Part shown: piece by piece, positions 52,834-64,000 of the stretch
Numbering within the stretch: position 1 is the stretch's first letter
How the letters are laid out: each line of letters begins with the position of its first letter
The notes under the pieces: generated by a model
Database searches by the model: none
What the model saw: the letters and a program-made list of their open reading frames with translations, nothing else
What the model was told of the DNA's origin: nothing
Position numbers and translations under genes: made by a program
From: Octopus vulgaris
Lineage: Eukaryota
DNA: 64,000 nucleotides
Direction of reading: 5' to 3'
Assembly: GCA_951406725.2 (NCBI GenBank)
Contig: OX597820.1
Location: 78,864,001 to 78,928,000, forward strand

Positions 52834-53825
52834 TCAAACAGTAGTTGGAACTTGTTTTAGAATCTCTGCAGCAAGATTGTAGAATACTTCCAAATCCACT
52901 AAATCTTCGGAATTTCCACAAGAATATTTCGGAGCAATCTCATGTATTAGAGAGACAAATTCTTGGAGATCTGAATATGTAGTCCTGATGGGGGTAACAT
53001 CCATTGTTTTGGCTAAAGATGGGTTGCTGGATTTCAAGGGACACACACCTTCCTTTTGAAAAGGACCTCTTCCCATAGAGTATAGTTGTGGGCTATCTAT
53101 AAAGGAAGTTCCTGCATGATTTTCAGACTGGGTGTCTAACTGTTTAGAAACTGCAGTTGGTTGAAGTTCTTCACATACATTCTCATCACATTTCATTTTA
53201 GATTGTTCTTTAAACAGATCGGTTTTAGAAGAAGTTAGGTGAAGCGCCTCTATAGAAGGTATGATTTCAACTGGACGAACAGGTATTTCTGCAGCATCTT
53301 TTCTGTCTTTAAACAGAGTTTCCAAATATTCCATTACAGATCCCATCAGATTTTTATTTTCAAAACCCAATTTGGAGAAATCGAAAAGTGGTAATTCACA
53401 AAATTTATTATAACAGACTTCTGTTTCAAAAGATGGCGGACTCTTCAGAATTCTGAAAGATGCAGCTTTGAATTTTGAATGACATGTTGAGTGATTCAAA
53501 CTATTTTCAGGAACAGTTCTAGAGAACTCGGAATTTTTTTCATGTAACCCATCATCACAATTTCTACTTGAAAAACAACTAGTGTTAAGAATACGGTCGC
53601 GAATATTAACAGAACCAGATATTAAATCATGCATAAATAGATACAAGACACTAGATGCCAGTTTAGAGTCTATTTTAGGCTTTTGAAGATTAACAGAAGA
53701 CTCCTTAGTCTCCACTTCAGGAATGAAGTGTAGTTGGTGAGGCACTGACTTCTGTTGATGGCTACATGGATCTTCAATAATATTTGATGATAAAAGCTTA
53801 ATTCTTTGTTTTGAAGGATTTTGTC
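52834..53825 (-). CDS. PLEKHA7: PLEKHA5/6/7-like gene, large proximal alternative last exon (about 330 aa, ends QVPTTV*)
   Basis: 992-nt open frame in AT-rich DNA; acceptor ttttgaag|GA gives the phase 1 entry needed by the 55399 donor and is in frame with ORF 52834-53745. No recognisable domain. Confidence 0.6.
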
Positions 53826-54282
53826 CTTCAAAATATAAATAATGAAATGATAATCAGTGATTATAAATTGATAAAATTCAAAATAAGAAGGAAATTATTT
53901 TAAAAGAAGTTTTTAAATAATTTAATTAGAAATATTATAAATGAATAAATAAAGGAGTTTCAGTAGAAATTTACCATGTGATTAATTTCATGAAAATTGC
54001 TAAAATAATAAAAACATATTTTAGCAAAATTCAAAATTAAATAATATTATTATATTTGTTAGAAAATTTAAAAAAATTTTTTTTCAAAATATGAGAAGAG
54101 TGCAGAAAGCAAATAAATAAATAGTAATATTTTAGGAATAAATATGTGTAAATAATAACTAAATTTATCATTGATAAGAATGGAAAAGCAGACAAAATGA
54201 AGACAAAGTTGAAAGTTATACTGGCTAAAATGGGGTGGGAGAAAAAAAAACCTGTTGTAAAATAATTTGATTACAGAAAGAG

Positions 54283-54625
54283 GAGCTCCCAGGAGCAGCC
54301 TATCCTGAATTCCTCTGTTATTGCCTGGAGGATTATGATGAACAAGAGGGGGCTGAGCACCAATCTTTGATGAACCCCTACTTTCCCTGAATTCTCTACT
54401 GTACCTGTTGCCCAACCTCACCTTACTGGTAGCGTCCCTGTACAAGGCTTGTACAGCTCTCACCAACCACTTGCCTATCCCTAGTTTCTGCATTGACCAC
54501 CAGATAAGAGATCAGGGGACCCTGTCAAAAGCTTTCTCCAAGTCAACAAAAGCCAAATACAGAGGTTTATCTTTGGCTAGGTATTTCTCCTGCAGTTGCC
54601 TTACCAGAAATATAGCATCGGTTGT
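54283..54625 (-). mobile_element. RTE LINE reverse transcriptase fragment
   Basis: TDAIFLVRQLQEKYLAKDKPLYLAFVDLEKAFDRVP..WSMQKLGI..WLVRAVQALY.., then with a frameshift VHQRLVLSPLLFIIILQAITEEF. Confidence 0.9.
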
Positions 54626-55119
54626 ACTGGCTATTCTTCACGGTAGTTGACACTACTAAGCTTGCTAGAGTGGAAAAATATAACTTTTTCGTTACAGATT
54701 TCATCATCAACCTTTAATGTCCATTTTCTATGATGGCATGAGTTTGATGGGTCAACAGGCTCCAATGAGCCACAGAGCCACACCAGAACCCAACATCAAC
54801 TTTGATATTGAATAATTGGAGCATGACTGAGATGGGATGGAATGATAGTTGGCTTCTGAGAAATGTCAAGAAACCCAAGTGGAAGGAGTCTCCAGACTGG
54901 GAAGACTAAAGAAAACATGGAAAGAAGTGGCAAAGTTTCATCTTAAGATGTTCAATCTTTATGGCTGTTAAGAAGGGCACCCAGTTGTAGGAACCATGGC
55001 AAAACTGACAATGGAGCTCGATGTAGCCTTAAGACTCACTGGAGCCTGTCAAACCATCCAACCTATGTCAGCATGGATGAAAGATTTAATTATCAACAGA
55101 AAAAGAACATCAGCAACAC

Positions 55120-55305
55120 ACCTTAAGAATGAGAACAGTTTACTCCTTTCGTCAAAGGATTGGGTTCAAAATTCTACCTGAATACCTGATGAAGGCTGGA
55201 GAGTACATCAGCCGAAATGTTGTGATAACAACAAACAAGAAGAGGACAAATATCCGTCCATTGTAAATAAGATACAAAATCCCTCATCTCAAAAATATAG
55301 AATGG
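55120..55305 (+). mobile_element. Family A 3' part with hammerhead motif (55183-55224)
   Basis: TAC-CTGATGA-AGGCTG-GAGAGTACAT-CAGCC-GAAA-TGTT-GTG, followed by the family tail. Confidence 0.8.
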
Positions 55306-55398
55306 TATGGACAACAAATGTTAAATAATGATGGTGATGAAATCTGTACAAAAAAATTAAATTAAATTAAATTAATGCAAAAATACATAAAAGCTTAC

Positions 55399-55547
55399 CT
55401 GCTGCTGCTTTACTTTTACGGGTGACTTCCATGGCGAGCTCTTGTGCTATGGTTAATAGCTTCTCTCTGTTTTGTCTTTCTTTAGCAACATATTCATGGA
55501 GACCATCTTTCATTTCTTCTGGAGCAGTTTTAGCCCATGAATGAACA
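55399..55547 (-). CDS. PLEKHA7: PLEKHA5/6/7-like exon (SVHSWAK..KLLTIAQELAMEVTRKSKAAA)
   Basis: ttccag|..|gtaag, 149 nt, phases 2 to 1; resembles the PLEKHA7 C-terminal ERII.IS..LA.EA..RSK.VAA segment. Confidence 0.85.
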
Positions 55548-56084
55548 CTGGAAGGGAAACAAAAAGAAAAAACACACATTATTTCAGTTATATTATTTCA
55601 GATAACCAATAAAAATTTATAGAAATTTTTAATTCTTTTCTTTTCACTTTCAGAGAAAAATTATTATTTCAAGAATTATTAATTTGCTAGCAAAATTATT
55701 ATTTCCTGAATATATAATACTTGTCAAAAATACTTTCTAATGAATCACTAAATTTCAAATGATAAACTACTTCAATAGTTAGATTTCAAATGGTATAACT
55801 ATATTTTTTTCTTTAAATAATGGGCCTGTAAAAAAAGTACCCATGACATCACCATATAAAAAAGCACCTGTGACAGAACCACATAAAAAGCACCCAGTAC
55901 ACTCTGTACAGTGGTTGGCACTAAGAAGGGCATCCAGCTGTAGTAATTCTCCTAAAACAGACAATTGGAGCCTGGTGTAGTGTTCTGGCTTGCCACCTCC
56001 TGTCAAACTGTCCAACCTATACCAGTAGGTTAAATAGACGTATGATGATGATGGACCTAAACTGGTAGTTTACAAGATTCTTGC

Positions 56085-57010
56085 AGTTCTATATTTAAGA
56101 GATGAGGAATTATGTACATTATTTACATTTGATGGATATTTGTCCTCATCTTGTTTGTTGTTAACGTTTTGGCTGATATATCCTCCAGCCTTCATCAGGT
56201 GTCTTGGGGAAATTTCGAACATGGGTTCTCATTCCTAAGGTATTTTTCGATGTTGCTGTTATTATTATTATTATTCAGGTCACTGCCTGGAATCGAACTC
56301 TGAATATTGGGGTTAGTAGCCTGTGCTCTTAACCACTACGCCATATGCCCACGAGCATAATAATAATATTGTTGTATTTAGGAATAGTCATTTATCCAGT
56401 TTAGCCAATAAAAACACACGCACTATATACTTGGTGTTACTTTGCTTCAGCATTATTAATTTTTTCGATTAATCTTAATCTTATTTCGGCCAGAGTTCTT
56501 TCGTCACACTCCTAAACATAGACACGCATAGAGGTATACGCATGCGCAAATGAAGACACATAGAAAAGGAATACAAAATAGCTGACCGTTAGTAAGGAGA
56601 GACACACAAATAAGAAAGAAAAAAGCAAAGGACCACTGATGAGATCACAGGAGTGTGACGAAAGAACTCTGGCCGAAATAAGATTAAGATTAATGTAAAA
56701 AATGAATAACGCTGAAGCAAAGTAACACCAAATATATAGTGCATGTGTTTTTATTGGCTAAACTGGCAAAATGACCATTCCTAAATACAACAATATCTGT
56801 TTCAACACACGATTTCACATAAAAAATCTTGCAAAACAAATATATAAATGTAACATAATAATAATAATAACAACCTTGAAAAATACCTTAGGAATGAGAA
56901 CCCAGGTTCAAAATTTCCCCAAGATACCTGATGAAGGCTGGAGGGTATATCAACCTAAACGTGTCAACAACAAACAAGATGAGGACAAATATCTGTGAAA
57001 TGTAAATAAG
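56085..57010. mobile_element. Nested fold-back: family A arms (56085-56350 -, 56860-57010 +) enclosing a family B fold-back (56365-56833)
   Basis: The outer arms are reverse complements and include a tRNA-like head at 56280-56348 (-); inner arms 56365-56513 and 56649-56796. Confidence 0.85.
56630..56674 (+). ncRNA. Type I hammerhead ribozyme motif (family B)
   Basis: GGACCA-CTGATGA-GA-TCACA-GGAG-TGTGA-C-GAAA-G-AA-CTC-TGGCC: complete core, stem II, CUC cleavage triplet and CCA/TGG stem I. Confidence 0.75.
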
Positions 57011-57340
57011 ATTCTTGCAGATAACAACTTCACTGCCCTGTTATGAGGTTTGAACTCACAACACAACACCAGCAGCTTCTTCCACCAATGCTTCAGGTCA
57101 ACTAAATTTCCCACAAAAGGTAAAACATATGAACCCAGATTGTAGAGTTGAAACAAAATACTGCAAAAATCAATCACTGAGTGACTAGAGTCACAAATGT
57201 TACATCTCTAGCAATCAGCACTGACACATATAAAGCACATTTTGTAAATTACAATTTAATTTCAAAATACCAAAGTACTTTGAAGAAAAAAATTTAATTA
57301 AAAAAAATTCAATTAAAAACAATATTCAGAAGACATTTAC

Positions 57341-57474
57341 CTCTGTTCTGCGAGAACTTTCCTAATTCTTTCTGATTTTTCTCTTCGTTTTTCTTTCTCT
57401 TCTTCACTTAAATCTTCATCATCAGAATCTGGCATGTACCGTTCAGGTATCAACACTTTTTCAGGCATCATTAA
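57341..57474 (-). CDS. PLEKHA7: PLEKHA5/6/7-like exon (LMMPEKVLIPERYMPDSDDEDLSEEEKEKRREKSERIRKVLAEQ)
   Basis: tttcag|..AG|gtaaa, 134 nt; the P.KV.IPERY..LS.EE..K.ERIR..LA motif is characteristic of PLEKHA5/6/7 C-termini. Paralog cannot be assigned. Confidence 0.9.
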
Positions 57475-58289
57475 CTGAAATTCATTTACAAAAATAGAAA
57501 ATGCTGTGACATTTAAGCATAGAATGTTTTCTAAGTCATGAAAATAGCATTTCACATATCTTCATTATCAGCAAAAGAAAACAGACAAAAAAAAAGATGT
57601 ATTATACACAAGAACATCAAGTTAGTAATAATAATAATAATAATACTGATGAAGATAATTAAATACCCAAGGATTAATATTATTAGGTTTCCCCTATATT
57701 TAACATGTATTTGCTCATGTGTGCTTAGATCCATCCATCAATGTAAACGTAATTGAACATAAAAGCTTCATTATGAAACTGTATAAAAGATATTAGAGGT
57801 AAAACATTGCCGTTATCATCGTTTAACATCTACTTTTCCATGTTTGAATGGGTCGGATGGAATTCGGTGAGGCATATTTTCTACGGCTGGATAATCTCCT
57901 TGTCACTAACCCTCACCTGTTTCCAAATGAGGTAATAAAACCTCCATGGCCAGATATGCTTTTCATGAAAGACAGGAAATGAACAACATCGTTTGTATGA
58001 CAATGATACTCGTTTATAACCATTATGAGATGTCAAAGCAAAGGTATGCACAAACACATACATACATAGGTGTGTGTGTGTGTGTGTATGTGTGCGTACA
58101 CACATATGATGTGCCTCTTTCAGTTTCCATCAATCAAATCTACTCAGAAGGATTTGGTTGGCCCAGGGTGATAGCAGACATAAGTGCAGGAATAAAATTT
58201 GCTTCGGCAAGTGAAAACCCAGGTCTCAAATTTTTTTTTTTACAAACAAGGATAATTTTTTTCAATCTTAATATGAAAACAAATACAAG

Positions 58290-58325
<36 letters not shown>

Positions 58326-58703
58326 TATTATTATTATTATTATTATTATATTTGTACATCAATTAAACTAGATAAATCAGTGATGGAAAACTAAGGTTTC
58401 AAATCAGTTCAAAAATGTTTCTATGCTCATTCATTTTGGCAAGGAAGATTTTCAGGAGGAATTCCAAAGCATTTTCTTTGTCCCCAGCCCCAAATTTTAG
58501 GGGCTGCACTCACACTCCCTGCACCTGAACCAATGAAAGCAGAAGACACTTGCTGAAAGTGACACATAGTAGAACTAAAACCAGAGATTCCAAGGCTGAA
58601 AAATAAGCTTCTCAACTGCCCAGCCTCACCTGTATCTAGTTCTCTTAATCAAAAAAAAATAAAATAATAATAATAATAATCATGATCATAATGAGAAACC
58701 TAC

Positions 58704-58775
58704 TTCTCTGTCAATAGTCAGTTCATCAAAATTATCAAGAGTTGAACTCTGTATAATATCAGGCATGTTGTTCAT
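58704..58775 (-). CDS. PLEKHA7: PLEKHA5/6/7-like exon (MNNMPDIIQSSTLDNFDELTIDRE)
   Basis: ttacag|..|gtagg, 72 nt, phase 0-0; IDRE precedes the PEKV motif as I.REL does in PLEKHA proteins. Confidence 0.8.
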
Positions 58776-60157
58776 CTGTAACATCATAAAAAAATTTTAA
58801 AAAAAGATGTGAATACATTTGTACATGTAATAAGTAGTTTATTTGAAGAACTGAGGAAGGCATAATATTGATCTCTATGAATAAGGGCACAAATTTGAAG
58901 GGAGATAATGTAGTGAATTGTAGTAACCCTGGCAGGATAAAACTTTCAAAGACACAAACTAAATACAAGATATTTCACCAGTTCACCAGGAAGACTACTC
59001 TTTCTTTTCTACTCTAGGCACAAGGCCTGAAATTTTGGGGGAGGGGTCCAGTCCATTACATTGACCCCAGTACGCAACTGGTACTTAATTTATGAACCCC
59101 AAGTGGATGAAAGGCAAAGTCAACCTCAGCAGAATTTGAACTCAGAACATAGAGACAGACAAAATCCCACTAAGCATTTCATCCGGCATGCTAATGTTTC
59201 TGCCAGCTCGCTGCCTTGAAGGCTACTCTTTCTGCTGCCAATCAACTGCTCTGTATTTTCATGATTACAAATGCAATTAGAATTGTTAAGATCTTTAGTG
59301 TAAACCAGACATGTATTCGTAATCATCGCCATTTAATTTCCATTTTCCATGCTGGCATGGGTTGGACGATTCAACAGAAGCTGGAAAGCCAGAGGAGTGT
59401 ATCAGCCTCCATTGTCTGCTTTGGTATGATTTCTATAGCTAGATACTCTTCCTAACACCAACCATTTTGCAGAATGGACTGGAGGCTTTTATATGTGGTA
59501 CCAGCACTAGTGGGATCACCAAGTAACTCACAAGGCAAGATGCCCACCTTGACTGAAGGAGGAGAAGAACTGAGGAAAATGGTTTTATGCCAGGTGATAA
59601 TAGGGAGATAGGAACAGGTGTCTTGTTGTAGGGGAGTTACATGGCCACCCCAGTTAGAAATGTAAGATGGTGGTGAAGAAGAAGTGTCAGGGCATATCTT
59701 CTAGTTACAAAAACTTCCCACCAAAAAGAAAATATTCTAGCAGATTCTAAATTAAGCAAAAGGAAACAAAAACTCCTTCATTGCAATGAAATATCTATCT
59801 TATTGTTTGTATTTATTTGAGTTATTAGACTGTGGCCATGCTGGATCACTGCCTTGAAAGAGTTAGTCAAATCAACCTTAGTATGATCGCCGTTTTATTT
59901 TTTTTTAAAGTCTGGTACTTATTTTATTATTCTCTATTTGTTGAAGTGCAAAGTTAGAGGGACACCAAAAAACCCAACAACACCGATTGTCAAGTGATGC
60001 TGGGGGACAAAACAAAAAAAACGTAGGTACTGGGGTTGATCTGTTTGATAAAAACCCTTCAAGGTGATGCCCCAGCATGGCCACAGTCCAATGACTGAAA
60101 TGAATGAAAGATAAACTATGAATTTAAATGATGAAAAGAAACTAAGAACCAACTCAC

Positions 60158-60309
60158 CAGAGAGGAACCAATAATAAGGTCTCCAGCAGCAGTATTAAGG
60201 GAAGACTTTTGTTCAAGAGCATGCTCCAGTTTAATTGGTTCACTACTTGAAATTGTAAGATAACGAGCTCGTCCACGGGGTGACCTTTTAAGTTTGGAGT
60301 CAGGTGAAG
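60158..60309 (-). CDS. PLEKHA7: PLEKHA5/6/7-like exon (SPDSKLKRSPRGRARYLTISSSEP..GSSL)
   Basis: ttttccag|..|gtgagt, 152 nt, phases 1 to 0, open frame. Confidence 0.78.
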
Positions 60310-60835
60310 CTGGAAAATGGTAAAGGGTCAAAATTAGACAATGAAAGCAAAGAGATGGAATATGTTTAGTTAAATTATGTCACTAGCAGTTGTTGAATCA
60401 GCCACCAACACAGAGACAGATGCTAAATATATATGAAGCTGGCAACACCAACGATTGCAGCTGCAACAGTTAAGGCAAACACAAATTGCATTAGTTGACA
60501 TGTTTTTGTTTTTTTTTATGGAGATGAAAGATGACACCAATTAGAAAGTTGTTTCAATGATGAAGCTACATACGAAATGTGCAGTGTGGACAGAGGCATT
60601 AAAAGCAGAGCAAAAAAAAAAATGTAAGAAAAGGTAGAAAGCATCACACTGAAATGTCAAGTTTTTAGCAACTGAGCAACAATAATAACAAAAATAATAA
60701 TAATAATAATAATGATACAAATAATGTTGTGCATGAAGGAAATGAACTAAAAATAATGACCTGCATCACGTGGGGGGTGGAAAGAAAAAGATGAAAGACC
60801 CCAGAAGAAAAGCCAGGGAAAACAAAACTACTCAC

Positions 60836-60866
60836 ATGGTGGTTTATCATTAGAGAGTCGGTTCAT
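60836..60866 (-). CDS. PLEKHA7: PLEKHA5/6/7-like 31-nt microexon (MNRLSNDKPP)
   Basis: attcag|..|gtgagt; ends in phase 1, matching the 60309 acceptor. Confidence 0.6.
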
Positions 60867-61045
60867 CTGAATGTTAAGGGAATAAAATAAAATAACTAGG
60901 TATATATATGGAGATATATACATATACAGAGGTGTGCTTTCGTTCAATGTTTTATACTAGGAACAAGTGGAACTAAATTTGGAATTGCAAGACGAAAATT
61001 CTGTTGTTTTATAAATGTCCATGGAACTAATATCAATATATACTT

Positions 61046-61082
<37 letters not shown>

Positions 61083-62178
61083 CGTGCATGTGTGCATGGC
61101 AAGAGGAGTTATATAAACATATCCATTAGCTTAGAGCTATGGCTTCCTTGGAGCCATCAAGATGCCTCTGAGGAAGCTAAGATACAGAAGCACTCAGCTC
61201 TGAGTGCACATCCTCTTATAGCAGAAACAACTGTAAGCTAATGAAGTTGATTATCTCACTCCTGTCCCCTTGTTATTTATTAATTAATACTACACTCTGT
61301 ACTCACCTAATGCTCTACTTTAAAGCATAAATATATTGAGTTTTAACAACTGGTTATTACTGTCATCACCATCATCATCATCATTAATTATTGTCCATTG
61401 TCCATGCTGGCATGTGTTGGACAGTTTGACCAGAGCTGGCACGCTGGGGAGCTGCACCAGACATGGTTTCTACAGCTGGATGCCTTTCCTAACGTCAACC
61501 ACTTTACAGAGTGTGCCGAGTACTTTTTACATGGCACAATACAGGTACTTTTATGTGACTATACTAAGGTGAACTCTCCCTCCCTCTATACACACACACA
61601 CACACACACCTCAAATGAATGCATGTATACATGTAAAGGCAACTGAAACATGTGTACACATATATGTGGAAAATTTGGAAAAGAGAGACTTATTCTGACT
61701 GTGTTATGTAAGGTTTGTATCAAACAGACAGGAAAGCTCAATGTTATTAATATTTATTAGACTGCATCCAAATCCAACAACTTTGAATCAACAGAGTAAC
61801 AGTTAGGAGAAAATGCTATAACTCAAAGCAACAGCAGGATTCGATTTAGACAAATATCAACATTAAAACAATATCTTTTAGTTATTAATTGCACAATGTC
61901 ATTAAGCAACTTCTTAAAAGTTTTGGCATTGTATGAATGATGATATTAACATGTTGCTCAATCAAATATTAATTAACAAATACAAAATATAGACAAGCAT
62001 ATATATTTTAGCAGAAGCAACAAACACTAAAATAAGTATAATGTAGTAGCTGGATTTATATAACACAGCATAGAGCTTATGAATTAATTCTATGGAAGAA
62101 TTAGCACAAATAGAAAAACATAATCCTTCATTTGTCAGAGCTTAATTTTCAATTTAAAAATCCTAGCAAATATTTTAA

Positions 62179-62408
62179 CCCTTTCGTTATCAACCTGGTT
62201 GAAACCAACTCTGGCACCTCTGGCTCTGTAGTACAAATGTCTTGTTTTCATAAGTTTTGAATTAAAATCTTCCACCAAACTTTAGTCACAAATTATGTTC
62301 CTAACACTAGCTGAATGATAACTAAGTTATTTTACTAAATTCTTTGTTATATTTAAAGTAATTACAAGAAACACAGAGTATCTCAAAATAAATAAAGAAA
62401 GAAAAGGG
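62179..62408. mobile_element. piggyBac-type MITE
   Basis: TTAA TSDs and CCCTTT/AAAGGG termini; reverse complement of 44095-44317. Confidence 0.85.
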
Positions 62409-62569
62409 TTAACGTCTAATATATTCTTATAGAAAATGTCTTACACAACTAAAGTTTTGCTAATCATATCAGAAAGAAATGGAGAGTAAGTTTTTTTTTT
62501 CTTCTTCTGTTTATGGAATTGATTTAAAATAATCTTTCTTCACCTAAATAATATAAAATAATATTGAAA

Positions 62570-64000
62570 TCATTTAACATCCATTTTCTATACTCGAATG
62601 GATCAAACAGTTTGACAGGACCGAGTGAGGTGCAAGACTGCACCAAGCGCCAATGTCAGCTTCGACATGGTTTCTAAGGCTGTCTTTCCTAACACCAACC
62701 ACGTTACAATGTGTAATGGGGGCTTTTTCCATGCCACCTGTACTAGTGAGGTCACCAAGTGACTTGCAAGACAGGAAAAGAAGAGGAAAACACCCCCTCA
62801 ATTAAATGAGGTGAGGAGTATTTGAGGGGTGGAGGGGCTTAATGCCAGGTGTTGAAGGCTAAAGTATGAGAGAAGCTACAAGCACAGGTGTCTTGTCATA
62901 GAGAAGATTTATGGCTACCCCAACATTACATAAAACTTGGTGGGAGTAGCTGGCAGAGGAATAAAAAATGGCAGAGCAAACTGTCATGGTTCAAGAAGGT
63001 GAGCATAAGGGAGAATATGGACAGTGGATTGGAGGGTAGGGTGTAGTTTCAATTAAAAAATTATTGGAAGTTATTCCGTAGCCATTCCTGTGGATCACTT
63101 AATGGTTTTTGGTATTTTTCATAACGACAAATCATTTATGAAGTATAGAACTACTCATTACAAAAAAAAAAAAAATCCTGTAAATCCAGGCAACAGCTCA
63201 ACAGATGGATTGATTGCCAAGTAACAGCCGGGTAAGATTATTAAAACAACCTTATGTCATTTTTCTGATCACAAAAACCTGCTTAGTTTATGAGAGAATT
63301 TTCCCAACAGATGAAAATTTATTCTTTAATGATAGTCTCATAAAATAAAAAATTTCACACTCACAGCAACAAACAACCTTAATACATGAACCAACAAAGA
63401 ATTCCCTAGATGATTAGCCAGCCTGCTAGAAATAGCAATCAAATCTGTTTCACAACCAATCCCAACAGTCTTTAAAAAAAATAAAATGGATGTATTGAAT
63501 AATGTAGTCTGGGATACATTTGTCATCCTTTAATGTCTGTTTTCCACGCTGGTATGGATCGGATGGTTTGACAGGGTCCAATGAGCTGCAGAGCTGCATC
63601 AGGTCCCAAAGTCAACTTTGTTGTGGTTTCTTTGGCTGTATATTCTCCAAGGCACCAACCACTTTACAGTGTGTAATAATGGGTGTACCTGTTCATGGCA
63701 CCAACACTAGTGAGATCACCAAGTAACTAGCAAGACAAAATAAAGGGAAAAGGGAAAAAATACACTTGACTGAGTAAGGATCTATTAGGGAGAGGATGAG
63801 GTGGCTTTATGCCAGCTGTTGAAGGCTAAAGTATGATAGAGGGACAAGCACAGGTGTCTTGCCGTATAGGTAATACATGGCTACCCCACATTATATAGAG
63901 AGGCGGTTGAGAGTATCAGAAAAGAAGATAAAGATAGAGGTGAGAGGGTGCCAGAGCAAACCCTGAAGGAACAAGGGGGTGAGCAGTAGAGAGGATATGG
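62570..64000 (-). mobile_element. Two degenerate RTE-type 3' UTR copies (62570-63000, 63520-64000)
   Basis: Mutually similar (GAAGGCTAAAGTATGA..CAAGCACAGGTGTCTTG..ATGGCTACCCC) and similar to 59330-59700; both begin with the shared TTTAA..TTTCCA..TGG tail. Confidence 0.6.

Overview
AT-rich, microsatellite- and SINE-dense animal DNA. The repeat families suggest a coleoid cephalopod, probably Octopus (inference). It holds the 3' parts of two convergent spliced genes: FoxN1/4 on + (5 exons, 30893-36144; the first half of the forkhead domain was not found) and a PLEKHA5/6/7-like gene on - (60866 down to two alternative last exons ending at 52834 and 46962). There is one tRNA-Arg(TCG) at 20020-20092 (-). 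The rest is mostly mobile DNA: tRNA-derived SINEs, CRE-, R4- and RTE-type LINE remnants, mariner/hAT/piggyBac MITEs and Helitron-like elements. The most striking signal is invisible in the ORF track: at least four unrelated families of small fold-back elements carry minimal type I hammerhead ribozyme motifs in a Penelope-like arrangement. One family (7 copies) is fused to a tRNA-like Pol III head, and another has a compensatory G3-C8 core. Within both genes, complete hammerhead cores occur only antisense to the host transcript. All calls were made by eye; no searches or folding were run, and ribozyme activity is unproven.
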